Notes: generated by a model not told the origin, from the sequence alone. Numbered from the stretch's first letter, positions 48,900-63,067 are shown. The stretch: 64,000 nt of DNA from Octopus bimaculoides (GCF_001194135.2 NC_068993.1:36815150-36879149), one strand, 5' to 3'. Numbers and translations: made by a program.

Positions 48900-51020
48900 T
48901 GAAGTTGAACTGGCAACTGTCTCTTGTTACAACAATTTGCCTACAACCTGAAGAAAATATAACAATGGTCACATTATTCCAATGGCACTTTATTAGATAC
49001 AGGAACAAGGTGGACAGGCTGGAAAACTGCCTTCCTTAAATTCCTAGACTACTCTGATTAGCAAAAACATTCTGCTAATTAACTTCATCTCACCTTTCAT
49101 CTTCAAATATATTACAGATTGCTTCAAGTTAGTATCTTCAAATGCATTACATTAAAAAACAGAATACAATTATTGTGATGATTCTAATTTTTTGCAGTCA
49201 CCAAAACAACCAGGTAAAGATATTGAATTTAATGTTATGTCATAATTCTACACCACCTCTTTATACACTGTAAATTTCAGGTTGTAACTGCTGATGGTTA
49301 TTGAGAAGTATAGAGAAGTGTTATTTCCAATATCATGTCTGACCACATACCACAAAGACTCCTTGAGAACTCATCATTGAACCAGTTTGTTCAATCGCCC
49401 AAGTTTGTTCTTTGGAAGCTGTTCAAAGAAAAAGAATAACCAACAATCTTCCTTTTCTCTCAATGCTTTATCTGGAACTGCAGGAAAATGAAAGTCCAGC
49501 TCTGAGCAACCAGCACATTGCTGTCTTATGAGGAAACCACCTTAAAGACAAAGATGCTATTTTTCATTTGTCCAGAACAAAAGAAAAAAAAAATGAAACT
49601 TGCCACAACTGCAAAAAGGCTGGACATTTTTCTTAAGCATGTTTGTCAAAAAAAGCCACAGCATCAGCTCTTACAATTCTCACTAGAACAAAAGTTAAAT
49701 CAAGGAAATACTCTTCAAAAAGCCACTATCACTGTATATACAAAGCTTAACTGAGAACACTACACATAATCCAGGTAGTGCTGCCAGTTGCATAAAGATG
49801 TTTTGCAAGAAATCTCCCACTTCCAACATCTCAGCAATGTCTTCAAGTTGATCTGGAAACTCAATGTAAATAGACTGTTTCTTCATCTTTCTGTATTTCA
49901 AACACCTTAGGTGGGTCCTTCTTTATGAAAAGATGCACTTAAATATTTGCCCTAACTTGTGTTCCTCTATAAGTCTGGGATATCACTTCTTTAAATGACA
50001 TAACTCTGTTACATCAGAGGATCGTTAATAGCTCTCACTGATGCTCGACTTTTTCCAATGTTGGTGACCCCCCACCCACCCTCATATTTCATCACAATGT
50101 TTTGAAACTAATTGCTGTTAAATGTTGCCTTTCTTCTACTTCATAAAATGTCAACAAGACTAAATGGCTTCTTGATGATTGTAATACTGAGCCCATCAAC
50201 CTCTCCGTGGACAGTAAAAACATTAGTAGCAAGAAACAGTGGCAAACAGCACCTTGATAACAATTGTTTATAAACAAATTGTTGATACTATCTAAATATC
50301 TGTCCAGTCTCTACTACTGAAGATTTTGTGTGTTTTATTGCCTACAATAAAATCTACAGCACCAGACCAGAAAGCAGTTATTCCAGGCTGATGGACAATT
50401 ATTCGAGTTTACAAGGTTTAGTGTGACTAATACTATAGATACCTTTTGAAGAATGGTGTATGGTATAATTACTGACAATGATATCAGAGAAGCTTACTGA
50501 TATTGTCATTGGCAAAAAAAACTAATGAAGAACATGCTAGGAACTTTGCTAAATTTATTTCGGTTATTATGAATAATGACAAAATATTTTCTTCTCTGCC
50601 AAATCTCCATTTGTTATCTAGTTTACAAAATAGAAAATAATTCTTTGCAACCTGATCTGGAAAGATTGAAACACCTTGTTGATTACCTGACACCCGGCAA
50701 TGCTAAATAAACAAACAGCAATTATTAGATTTGTTTAGTTACTACCTAAATGGAGTGTCTTATTTCTTGGAACTAATTCAACCGCCACTAAATCCTACTT
50801 TTCCATGTTCAAAACTTTGATAGTTAATGCTCCACTCTCACCTCAAGTTCCACTATGAGTTAAAAACTGATGTTTCTGAAACTACAGTCTTGGGTTTCCT
50901 TCCACAGTATAATAAACTTATTTTCTTCTTAAGAATTCTTTCTTGCTCTGAACAAAATCTCTCATCAAAGGAAGCTTTAGCTATCACAGAAAGTGATTGA
51001 AAATGGCAAATGTTTACACT
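48900..51020 (+). mobile_element. Highly decayed Ty3/gypsy LTR retrotransposon gag-pol fragment
   Basis: Gag WTGWKTAFLKFL; zinc knuckle CHNCKKAGH; RT PSTSPW, FQADGQLFEFTRF and DIVIGKK-NEEHARN; RNase H KTDVSE and KEALAITES*KW. Many stops; no LTRs recognised. Confidence 0.8.
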
Positions 51021-52348
51021 TTTATATTACAAACTGATCAATGAGTTATCTCATTCATATTTAGTCACAAATGATAATTCTCTATTTTTGTGACAATTCT
51101 TCCTCTTATCATATAGAATTATTGCTTTACAATCTTTTATTTTTTACTTGTTTCAGTCACCAAACTGTAGCCATGTTGAAGAATTTTTAGTCAAATGAAT
51201 CGACCCCAGTGTTTTTTTGTTTTGTTTTTAAAGCCTGGTACTTACTCTATTGGTCTCTTTTGCCCAACTGCTACATTATGGGGACATAAACACACCAACA
51301 CCGGCTTTCAAGTAATGGTGGGAGACAAACACAGACACACACATGCAAAAATACACACACACACACATGGCTTTTTCAGTTTCCATCAACCAAATCCACT
51401 CACAAGGCTGGTCAGCCCAAGGCTATAATAGAAGACACTAGCCCAAGATGCCATGCAGTGGGACTGAACTCGGAACCATGTGATTTGGGAAGGAAGCTTC
51501 TTACCACACAAGGCCTGCACCTATATAAATGATGACATTCAATACATACCAAGCAAACATGACACAGCTGATGACAGATGTTATAATAAGATATTTCTCT
51601 GTAACATCTCCCTCAATCATAAATTTACATAATCTTTTCTGTCACCTTACGATGACTCAATTATGACACTATTTCAAATCTAAGAAAGTGCCATTTGTGG
51701 GGGGGGAAAGATTTTAAAGAAGTTGTGATGAATGCATTGCATAATGAGAATTGAAACCATGATTGTAACTTCTTCCTTGTGCCAAACTTATCAAGTTCAC
51801 ATAACCATCTGTGTCTTACTGACAACATCAAATGCCCTCTACTCTTCCTGTTAACAGTTTGTGGTTATTGATGAACACTAAAGGTTCCTGTACACCTATG
51901 CCTTTACATAAGATAGTTTCTACAGTAATTCTGTCTTCAAATACACTCTTCATATTTGTCAACTTCAATTCATTTAGACCAAGGATCCTGTAGCCATCTG
52001 TGTATCATGCGTAACCCTTTAACATTCAGATTATTCTGTAATACAAAACACTTATTGATTCACATTTTGAATTAATCTGGCATTATCTCTCTCATACCTT
52101 CAAGATTTTGATGATGATATTGTTTATTTTTACAATGATGACGTAGAGTATTTATTAGAGGCTGAATCTGACAGTTTTCAACGTAAAACAAGAATATTTG
52201 AGCCGGACATGGCCAGTTTAAATGCTAAATGGTTAATATAGAGGGACATTGCAAAAAACAAATTTGTGGCATTTGATTGGAGATAATACATCTGATAATA
52301 ATACACCTGAGGTGTTTAAAAACACAGTATGTATGTATGTATATATAT

Positions 52349-52379
<31 letters not shown>

Positions 52380-52817
52380 CATACACACAGTAATACCTCA
52401 CTTTACGAGGACCTGCTTTACAAGTTATTTTTTCAAGCATAAGATCCAAATTTTGAACGAAGTGCAGTTTCTACTATCATGACAAACGTTTCTGCGTTTT
52501 ACTAAGAAATTTATAGAAAGCGTAAAAAAGCATCTAAGCAAACAACTCTAGACTTGTTTTTTAAAAAGAAATCTACAAGTTCATCTACAAATGCTTGTGA
52601 ATCAGTGATCATGTCTACAAGTGATGGTGTGCATGAGTCTAGTGCAAGTGAAAGCGATTCAGAAAACAATTATGATAGTAATACTTTTTATTATAAATGA
52701 TCTTGACATTTTTTTTTTACTTTACTTAAAATATTCTTTACATTCTACTGTTGCTTTATTGCCATTTATTTATGAGTACTATAAATTTTACAGGTAAAAT
52801 ATTTTTCTGGGAACAAA

Positions 52818-53142
52818 TTACGATTTGTGCTGGTGGCATGTAAAAAGCACCATCTGAACATGGTCGATGCCAGCCCCTGCCCCAACTAGCTCCTGTGTTG
52901 GTGGTATGTAAAAGGCACCATTCAAACGTGGCCGATGCCAGTGCTGTCTGACTGGATCCCGTGCTGGTGGCACATAAAAAGCACCCACTACACTCTCGGA
53001 GTGGTTGGCGTTAGGAAGGGCATCCAGCTGTAGAAACATTGCCAGATAAAATTGGAGCTTGGTGCAGCTTCCCGGCTTGCCAGTCTCCAATCAAACTGTC
53101 CAACTTATGCCAGCATGGAAAGCAGACGTTAAACAATGATGA
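52818..53142 (+). mobile_element. RTE 3' tail
   Basis: Same ...ggaagggcatccagctgtagaaac...catgccagcatggaaagcagacgttaaac(gat) signature. More decayed tails occur at about 729-930, 1340-1520, 12100-12250, 21540-21660, 29040-29130, 30830-31080 and 42380-42900. Confidence 0.75.
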
Positions 53143-53235
53143 CAATGCTACTATGGGAAATTATTGCTATCTTTACAAGTTTTCACTTTATGAGCAGTTT
53201 CCAGGAACAAATTAACTCATATACCAAGGCATTAC

Positions 53236-53311
<76 letters not shown>

Positions 53312-54636
53312 ATATATGAGTATATGCATATATATGTACATGTATGTATATACCTTCATCCACATGTACACATAGATACATAACTGGGTACATGACGTGG
53401 AAAAAGAACATGGACAAAATGGTAAACAAGGTGCAACAAACAAGCAGGCCACATAGAAACATCCCCTTCATCAGCTGCCACCATTAAAACCCCGGCGTTT
53501 CGAAGAATTATATATTTACATATAGGAGGTAGACAAAAATGATCTGAGCAGTGGCTGGTGAGAATGCTTAGATGCATTTCTGCCTCAGTGAACATTGTCA
53601 GTAGCTTGTACTCAAAACCAACAACATGATAAAACAAAATCTGTTGCCACCAATATAGGAAAACAGTGAATAAATGATCACTGGAGTTTCGAATAGCTGT
53701 TAACTCTACTATTCTAAAATTATAGTGGAAACAGTTAAATAGGTAGTTTAAATGGAACTCTAAAAGAAAATACAACTTGATGTTTACTCAACAAAGTTAC
53801 CAGGTAAAATAATAACAGAGTGATGGTTTAGAGGAAATACACCGTGAAATTAGATCCCTCCTTTGCATTGCAACAAACCTGACACCACATGAAAGACCAT
53901 CTAACTTTCACTGTTGCTCAATGAGACTATCTTTTCCTGGTTGGGTGTCTAAGCCTGAGAAATTTGGCTTAGATGGTTCGAGCCTAACAATAATTAAGAA
54001 TTAAAAGTTGATTGTATCAAACTCATCGACGCTACTTACTACTATGATTATATCAATAACTGAGATGGTCAAGTGGACAGTCACAGTTAAAGATAGTGCC
54101 CACCACCACTACTTCACCTAGAAGACTAAACTCCACAGGAAATCAATCAAACTCTGCTTTTACTGAAAAGCGTTCCAATTATTGAGTGTGATAATACTGA
54201 CTTGTTCAACAGTTCAACCCAAGTAAGATCTAAGACCATTGATGGTGATCATGTCAATGATTACTGCAGTGAAATGCTGGGAAGCTGGGAGCCAGACTAG
54301 ACATGTAAGTGGGAGCAGTCTGGTGCCATCACTCAAAATTAGAAGCAGTTTCAGTCCAAGGGCATTGTGGTGTATCTTAGGTGAAGGCTGGCACTCAGCC
54401 ATTTACAATAAATGTGGATGATTACACTTGTGCTTCATGTACTTTAAGTTGAACATTTTGGCAGAATAAAACAATTGATTCTCAGCAACTACCTTTTCAA
54501 CACAATGGGTCTGTGTATATCTATATAACAAAATACGGTGATATCTGTCACAGTATCAAATGTATAGTGATAGATACATAGCATGTATTTGCAGACAGGC
54601 ATTCATGTGTATTTGTGAATATACACATATATATCA

Positions 54637-54678
<42 letters not shown>

Positions 54679-54758
54679 ATAAGATCGATATTTAAAATAT
54701 TGATCCTATCCAAGTGGTCAGCATGGGAATAAAAACCATCAAAGGTAATAATTATTTA

Positions 54759-54864
54759 AAATTATAATACAGGGTATCAAGAGATACCACCACGCTGAAA
54801 AAATAGCAGTTGACTGCTATTTTTTCAGCGTGGTGGTATCTCTCGATACCCTGTATTATAATTT
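54759..54864. repeat. Near-perfect palindrome, 52-bp arms, 2-nt spacer
   Basis: Arms 54759-54810 and 54813-54864 differ at one position. Confidence 0.97.
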
Positions 54865-55504
54865 ATATATATNNNNNNNNNNATATATATATATATATAT
54901 ATAAGCACATACATATATACATACACACACAAACAAATACACATGTACATCTGTATATACATCAATACAACCTGATACAGACATTTATGTATATTCACAA
55001 GTTTATTATTTTACTGGTTTTAATCATTGTACTGGTGGAGGAACATGGCCTAGTGGTAAGAGCGGTGGACTCATGGTTGAGGGATCACGGGTTTGGATCT
55101 CAGACTGGGTGATGTGCATGTTTATGCACGAAACACTTAAGCTTCATGCGACTTCAGCAGAAGGTAATGGCGGACTTCTGCTGACTCTTTTGCTACAACT
55201 TTCTCTCACTCTTTCCTCCTGCATCAAGCAGTTCACCTGTGAGGGACCAGCATCCCGTTCAGGTGGGGAACCTATACCAGTTGTCAAGCAGTGATAGGAG
55301 GACAAGCACAAACACAAAGACACACACTCTAGATATATACAAACATATATATACAACAGGCTTTTTTCAGTTTCTGTCTATCAAAACTAATCACAAGGCT
55401 TTGGTTGGCCCAAGGCTATAGTAGAAGACACTTGCCCAAGGCGCCACGCAATCTGGAACCATGTGGCTGGGAAAGAAGCTTCCTAAAGCCATGCCTGCAC
55501 CTGT

Positions 55505-55546
<42 letters not shown>

Positions 55547-55559
55547 AAAGTTGGACTTA

Positions 55560-56278
55560 AGAAGCATCAGAGGTGGTGTGCAAGAGAGACGACTGCGCTG
55601 GAATGGTCATGTGTTGTGAATGGATGAGGACAGCTGTGTGAAAAAGTGTCACATCGTAGCAGTTGAGGGAACCTGTGGAAGAGGTAGACCCATGAAGACC
55701 TGGGATGAGTTGGTGAAGCACAACCTTCGAACACTGGGCTTCACCAAGGCAATGACTATTGACTGAGACCTTTGGAGATATGCTGTGCTTAAGAAGACCC
55801 GACTTGCAAGTGAGACCATAACCCGTGATGTATAACCAGCCCACTTATGAGTACCCTTCATTCATTGGACAATAAACTTTGCTTGCGAAGACCTATTGAG
55901 GCAAGTGAAATCAAAATCGGTGACGTGGCTGATGATAGTACCGCCTGATTGGCACTCGTGCCAGTGGAACATTAAAAGCACCATTCAAGCATGATTGTTG
56001 CCAGTGTTGCCTTACTGGCACTTGTGCTGGTGGAATGTGAAAAACAACATTCGAGTGTGGTCGTTGCTAGTGCTGCTGGACTGGCTCCCGTGCAGGTGGC
56101 ACGCAAAAGAACCCACTACACTCTCGGGGTGGTTGGCATTAGGAAGGGCATCCAGCTGCAGAAACTTTGCCAGATCAGATTGGAGCCTAGTGCAGCCTTC
56201 TGGCTTGCCAGTCCTCAGTGAAACCGTCTAACCCATGCCAGCATGGAAAGCAGACACTAAACGACAATGATGATGATA
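55560..56278 (+). mobile_element. RTE-type LINE 3' end
   Basis: GRPMKTWDELVKHNLRTLG; same 3' UTR and tail as 3715-4448. Confidence 0.8.
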
Positions 56279-57529
56279 TATATATATATATATATACATA
56301 AACTTATCTAATAATTAAAAATACTCAAAGTGACATGTGTGACTTAAAGTACTTTAAGTAGTTGTGTCTTCAATTACTGAGGATCAAATTTATAAAAGAC
56401 AAGACTGGCAATTACAGAGAAGTTCCAACCAGGAACATCAAAACAGTTGGTTAGAACTTGTTGAGAACTTACAGCTGTAGTCAACAGCTATCAGATAAAA
56501 TTACTGGATATCCTGTCAGATTTCAAAACCATCATTTTAAAAATATTTATGACATCAGTAAAGACAAGTAGGAAATAGTCAGAATTTCTGTACAATACTC
56601 ATCTCTTACTGATTTCGATCTTTGGACTGTGGCCATGCATGGGCACTGCCTCGAAGGATTTCATTGAACAAACTGGCCTCAACACTAATTTTCAAGCCTT
56701 GTACTAATTTTATTGGTTCCTCTTGCTGAACCACTAAGTAATGGAGACAAAGAAACCAACACTGGCTGTCAAGCAATGGTGGAGGATGAACACACACACA
56801 CAACAGGCTTTTTCAATCTCCATGTACCAAGTTCAGTCACAAGGCTTTGGTCAGTCCACAGCTATAATGGAAGACACTTGCCCAAGGTGCCATGTAGTGG
56901 GACTATCTATGCCCAGGTCCACATGTTTAGGAAGCAAGTCTCTTACCAAAGAGCCACACCTGCACCTTGAGAAAGATGCCAAAATCAAGCACTTACGTAA
57001 GTCTTCAAGGTAAAGAGACGAGAAAACCAGGATCCTTTCCAAAGATCTGAGCCCTAAAAGATATCTAAAAATCATGATCATCATCACTTAACATCCACCT
57101 TCCATACTGGCATGGGTTTCAAATTTTGGCACAAGGCCAGCAATTTCAGGACAGGAAGTAAGTCAATTAGATCAACCTCAGTGCCCAATTGGTACTTAAT
57201 TGACTGACCTCAAAAAGGTGAAAGGCAAAGTCGACCTCAGCAGAATTTGAACTCAGAAAGTAAAGACAGATGAAATACTAAGCATTTTGCCCAGTAGGCT
57301 AACAATTCTGCCAGTTTGCTGCCTTAAGATATTTAAAAGAAACAATAATAATAATAAATGTTAGCTGTATATGTGTTCTTCAAATTACTAAAGGGTATAA
57401 ATTCTCAAAAGGGAAACTTATTTAAATTTCTAAGTTATAGTCTCATACCACGTCAGAGCTGATCAAACAGAATTATAATCCAAGTTGCCGCAGTTATAAC
57501 TATCCTAGTTTACAGTTTAACTGGAACTA

Positions 57530-58077
57530 CAGGGTGTCCCAAAAAGATGTACTCACTCTTTGACTTCCCAGTACTTCTGTATTTTGTGTTCAAGTAGATG
57601 TTTATTGAAAAATATACAATCCTAAAAAATTAAATTAAATTCGGGAAAATAAATTGTCGTAAAAACGATTATTTATTGTCATTTAGAATAATTTAATGTT
57701 CTCTCTCATTCCTGCATGTTCACAAATGTTCAAACTGCCTTCCTTCATTTTCCAAACAAAGCTGATAACGTCCAACAATGGATTCGACAACATTCCCAAA
57801 CATTTCATTTGGAACTGCAAGACATTGTATTCGAATTTCATTTTTCAAATCATCAATTGTCACTGGTTTTACAGCATAAACCTTATCTTTGAGATGTCTC
57901 CATAAAAAAAAAATCCATTGGCGTGAGGTCTGGGGAACGTGCAGGAAATTCAATGCTACCTCTCCTCGCAATCCATTTGTTTGGACTTGTTGCATCGAAG
58001 TAAGCCCATACATCACAAAAAACAATACATTAGTAATCATCTGTCAAAGAGTGAGTTCATCTTTTTTGGACACCCTG
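57530..58077 (-). mobile_element. Non-autonomous Tc1/mariner-superfamily element (548 bp)
   Basis: 35-bp TIRs CAGGGTGTCC...ACTCACTCTTTGAC with 2 mismatches; TA on the left; minus-strand remnant FFLWRHLKDKVYAVKP...RQFEHL. Confidence 0.88.
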
Positions 58078-58373
58078 CATATAATCTAATGTTTACTTTT
58101 TTTTTTATTTTGCTGATTGAGATTTTGGCTGCTATTTCTAGCAAGTTGAACGACTCCATAGAGGCTCTTACATTGGATTTAGAAAAAAGTCTAGCTGAGG
58201 CACAGGTGTGGCTGTGTGGTAAGAAGTTTGCTTCCCAACTACATCATTCTGGGTTCAGACCCAGTGCATGGCACCTTGGGCAAGTGTCTTCTACTATAGC
58301 CATGGGCTGACCAAAACCTTGTAAGAGGATTTGATAGACGGAAACTGACAGAACCCCGTCATGTATATGTATG

Positions 58374-58441
<68 letters not shown>

Positions 58442-58910
58442 TATATATATATATATGTATACATACATATATATATGTGTGTATGCATGTGTGTATTTGT
58501 TCCCCCACCACCACTTGCTGGTATGTTTACATCCCTATCACTTAGCAGTTTGGCAAAAGAGATCAAGAGAATAAGTACCAGGCCTTACAAAAAAAATTAA
58601 CGAGTACTAGAGTCGACAAGTTTGACTAAAAGTTTTCAAGGTGGTGCTCCAGCGCAGCCACAGTCCAATGACTGAAACGAGTAAAAGATAAAAGAAAGAT
58701 GAAACCAGATACCTTCTTTGAGCGTGCATATATTATAGGCACAAGCATGGCTGTGTGGTTAGGAATCTCACTTTGCAACCATGTGGTTTCAGGTTCAGTC
58801 CCACCACATAGCACTTTAGCTAAGTGTCTTCTACTATAGCCCCACGCCAACCAATGCTTTGTGGGTGAATTTGGTAGACGGAAACTGTGGAAGCTTGACA
58901 CACACACTCA

Positions 58911-59952
58911 TACTGTAAAAACTCATGTAATTTGCGCAGGTGATTTTCAAGATAAAATTTGTTAAAAAAAGCTTCTACTCAAACAAAATTCATACCTAAA
59001 TGTTTTCAGAATTGCTGATATGGCCAGGGGGAAAAGGTTTTCAATTTAATTGTATTTAGCATAATTTCACTTACTTATGATTAGATTTTATTAAATTTTC
59101 ACTAAATAAAAATAATTTCTGTTTAACAGGTATCACATTGAAAGCTATTAAATTATGAAGTGTTTGTGTTGTTTATCATAAACTTTATTTCACATTTCTT
59201 GCCCACAAGAGATTATGTCCAATCTTTAGCATACTGCTGCATGTTTTCTCAAATCAGGATTACAGGAAAAGTTGTTGATAAGAATTACCAACAAAAACAA
59301 GGCTGATAAATACGCACAGGTATTGCAAATTAAGTTTAATTACCAATAAACATCAGCTTGGATAACACTTTACTCAACTGACAGAGGAAGGTGACCGATC
59401 AATCTGATTATGTAAACAAAATTCTTTTCCACCTATTCTTGTCAGAACCTTTGATACAGAGTACTGGAATTTTAATCCCTTTCACACTTATAAAATGTCA
59501 AGCAAACTTTAAAATTTGTCATTACCATTATTGTCAGTATGAGCAGAACTTATGAATCGTTTACTGCGAAGGAGAAATTAAATATGTGCTCCATTGCGAT
59601 AGGTAGAAACTCCAAGCAATGTAGAATATGGCCCGGACCATGTTTACCAGCATGAATGTCAGACTTCAAGAACTAGTTAATCATTTAATGGCCTTAGTAA
59701 ATTTATACAGAAAAAGTAAGCATTATACCGTCCAGCATAAATAAAAGTCAACTTCATTATACATATTTAAGCCATTATTTTTTCTGTAAAAACCTATTCT
59801 GACATTAAATGAGTCAACTTCTGGTATGAATTTTTGTATGTCTTTTTTCAACAAAAGAAATTCTGGAAACAATCTACTCATGTAATTTACACACACCCAA
59901 AAGTTAATTTTTATTTTTGTGAAAAAGTGCATAAATTACATGGCTTTTTGTG

Positions 59953-59955
<3 letters not shown>
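58911..59955. mobile_element. pogo/Tigger-like non-autonomous element, long form
   Basis: Ends TACTGTAAAAACTCATGTAATTTG and ATAAATTACATGGCTTTTTGTGGTG; shares both arms with 24559-25122. Confidence 0.65.
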
Positions 59956-59996
<41 letters not shown>

Positions 59997-62900
59997 CAAA
60001 ATACAGAGAAAATCACATCTTTATTGTAGGAGTCACCTTATAAAGCTGACAGTTGTTTCTATTGTATTAATGTGTATGTGTGTTACTTTCCCAATCCCAT
60101 TACTTGACAATTGGTGTTGGTTTGTTTACATCCAAGTAACTTAGTAGTCAGTTCACCAAAAGAGACTGATAGAATAGACTTAAAAAATAAGAACTGGGCT
60201 CAATCTGTTCAACTTAAACTCTTCAAGGAAGCGACCCAGCATGGCCAAAGTACAATGACTGACACAAGTAAAAAGTTTAAAGGAACCACTCCTGTGTGAT
60301 CTTGAACCAGCAACACTTTAATTTACTAGTAGTAGTAGTATTACTACTACTACGTTTTCTATTGCATGATGACCTTAAACTAATAAAACTGATTTAGGTA
60401 AACAGCAATTTAACATAACAGTTTAATGAGCCAATGAGAGAGAATGTCTACATGGTTACTCCAACTACTAGAAATAGCAGCTAAAACCTCTCTGAAATCA
60501 TTCATACTCTGTCTTAATACATTTTGACACCAGCCCATGTGTGTGTGTGTTTATATATATTTTTTTATACCAAAGATTTGGCAAAAGAATATAGTATCTG
60601 TTAACAATCTTAGCAAAATACTCACATGAATAAACATATATATAGGATGTCCATAAATTACAGACGTCACTAAATATATTCCCAATGGTTGTTATATTTG
60701 TTTGATAACATAAGTTAGATAGGATGATGCCTATATTACATTAACCAATAATATATTGTGCATGTATAGTAATATTACTATCATGAAATTAGCATTAGCT
60801 TGTCTCACTCTTCCTCACGGAACTCCTAGGAACCTTTGGGTTCCAGGGAACCCCTGTTGAGAAATGCTGGAGTAAAGGGTAAAGACCCCCTTCAGTCATG
60901 AATGACCATGAAATTGCACCTAGGAAGTTCCCCTCTAAGATACAAGTCCGAGCAAATTTGTTTATGGAACACCAGCAGTCGTCCTTATATACCAGCTTCT
61001 CCTCTCCACGCCACTGATGGGAACGGTAAATGCCAATACAGCTTGGCACCAGTGACATCATAACTCATTTCTACAGCTGAGTGAACTGGAGTAACATGAA
61101 AACATGAAATAAAGTGTCTGCTCAAGAACACAACACAGTCCAGGAATCGAACTCACTACCTCATGATTTGTGAGCCAGATGCTCTAACCACTGAGCCATG
61201 CACCTTCATTTCAACAGGAATATGATAAAAGGATAAAAGAAAAAAAGGTCATGCTAGGCAACATAGTTGTGGATAAATAAGATGGGATAATTACAGAAGA
61301 AACACCTTTAATCATTTATCTACTCAATGAGGACAGACCTAAGACTGAATAACAATAACAGCAGCAGCCTGCCATTTTTATGGTATTTCTCAAAGATAAC
61401 AATTGAAAGAAAATAGAACAAAATGTAATGAAATCGCCATTAAAAAGATGGTTGCTGAAAATAATTTTAGATACACAATTGTTTATAGTTTACATGTATT
61501 TTCGAAGAGCATTAGTAATAAATTGGTGATAATATCATTAATTCTAGGCATAAAGCCAGTTTTTGTAAATAGAACAGTACAATTGATTAGACTAATCCTA
61601 CACGTTGCTGCTAATAATTGGCACTGAAAGCTGGTGCAAGTATATCAACTAATTAATTATAGATAGCACTGAAACAGAGATAGGATAAAACCTTTTTGCT
61701 AGTTTCATATCATCTTAAAGCATACAGAAACAAAAAATAGGTGAATGTCAAGATTTAGAGTTTTTTGATGACTAGAAACTAAAACAAAATAAATAGAAAA
61801 AAAGATAAATCCTTTGTTATTAAGAGATTTGAAATGGTCAAGTTGATAAAGCACTTAATTTGGGGGTTATTTGTATTGACAGGTCACGAGTTCAACAACC
61901 AAAGCTAGCATTTTGTTGTGTTTATGCTGAATAAGTAATTCTATGTACCTTGAACCATTTAACGGAATGGTGAAGAAAAAATTTTTTCATTGGCTGGTAG
62001 CAGGGTAAAGCCTTCCTATTCAATTTAAATCAGATATACCCAGCTGCAATATTCTAGTATATATATTATGTTCAAACTGGCCAGATCAAGCCTCTCACAC
62101 CTACCCTCCATTGTCATTCTAAAAATAAGCAACCAATCATCAAAGTTTCAAAGCTACGAGATAATGAATGATTAATATGCGTTACATTTGACAAGTTAAT
62201 TAATCTGAATGCTAAAGGGTTAAGGAGCAATTTACCTTTCCTCAGCCATATCCAGCCCAAATATTCTACTTGTTTTATGTTCAAACTGACCAGATCCAGT
62301 ATCTCATACCTATCCTACAATGTTATTCTAAAAATAGACTATCATATCTTCAAAATCTCTAAGCTACAAAATAATACATAATTAATTTTTTCAAATGTGA
62401 ATAAATAAGAAATACATTTGACAGAGTAATCTGAATGCTTGTTAAAATTGTCAAAACTTGTTTTAACATTCACTTTTCCCTGCTTGCAATCGGTCAAATG
62501 GAGTTTATCAAGGCAGATTTTTTATGGCTGGATGCCCTTCCTGTCAGGACCCTCACTTGTTTCTAAAGCAAGGTTTATATTTCTTCCACGTGGTTTTGCA
62601 GAATATTGAAAATAAACGAAACTGCTTGCATGAGAGTGACAATAACACAATGTCAAGAAAAGGAAACACAAACACACACATTCAACAGGCTTCTTTCAGT
62701 TTCCATCTACCAAATCCATTAACAAAGCTTTGGTCAACCTGGGGCAGCAGTAGAGGATGCCTGCTGTAGGACTGAACCCGAAACTGGTGGGGAAGGGTTA
62801 TGAAGCAAGCTGCTTAACCCCGCTCCACACACACACTATATTGGTTTCAAATTCTGGCACAAGGCCAGCAGTTTTGGAGGAGGGGCTAAGTCAATTACAT

Positions 62901-63067
62901 CAACCTCAGTGCTCAAAAGGTACTTATTTTATCAACCCAGAAATGATGAAATGCAAAGACAACCTCATCAGAATTTAAACACAGAACATAAAGACGGACA
63001 AAATACCATTAAGCATTTTTCCTGATGTGCTAATGATTCTACCAGCTCGCGTTATATATATATATAT

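Noticed and set aside
53455-53510. CTGATGA and CGAAAC near each other on the minus strand
   Set aside because: The order implies type II topology and I could not build stems I and III; it is part of a repeat flanked by microsatellite.
53356-53775. 139-aa hydrophobic ORF and similar 100-140-aa ORFs (2375-2794, 34937-35308, 40608-40952, 45277-45660)
   Set aside because: They overlap repeats or compositionally biased DNA and show no recognisable domain or splice context.
56991-57066. Exon-like segment (ttttag ... GTAAGT) on the minus strand
   Set aside because: No THOC2 similarity; the donor comes from a short palindrome ACTTACGTAAGT. It could be a cryptic exon but is unsupported.
59415-59480. 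Minus-strand IPVLCIKGSDKN / GGKEF, resembling the THOC2 N-terminus
   Set aside because: Needs a frameshift, has no ATG and no proper donor, and lies inside a MITE interior; probably chance.
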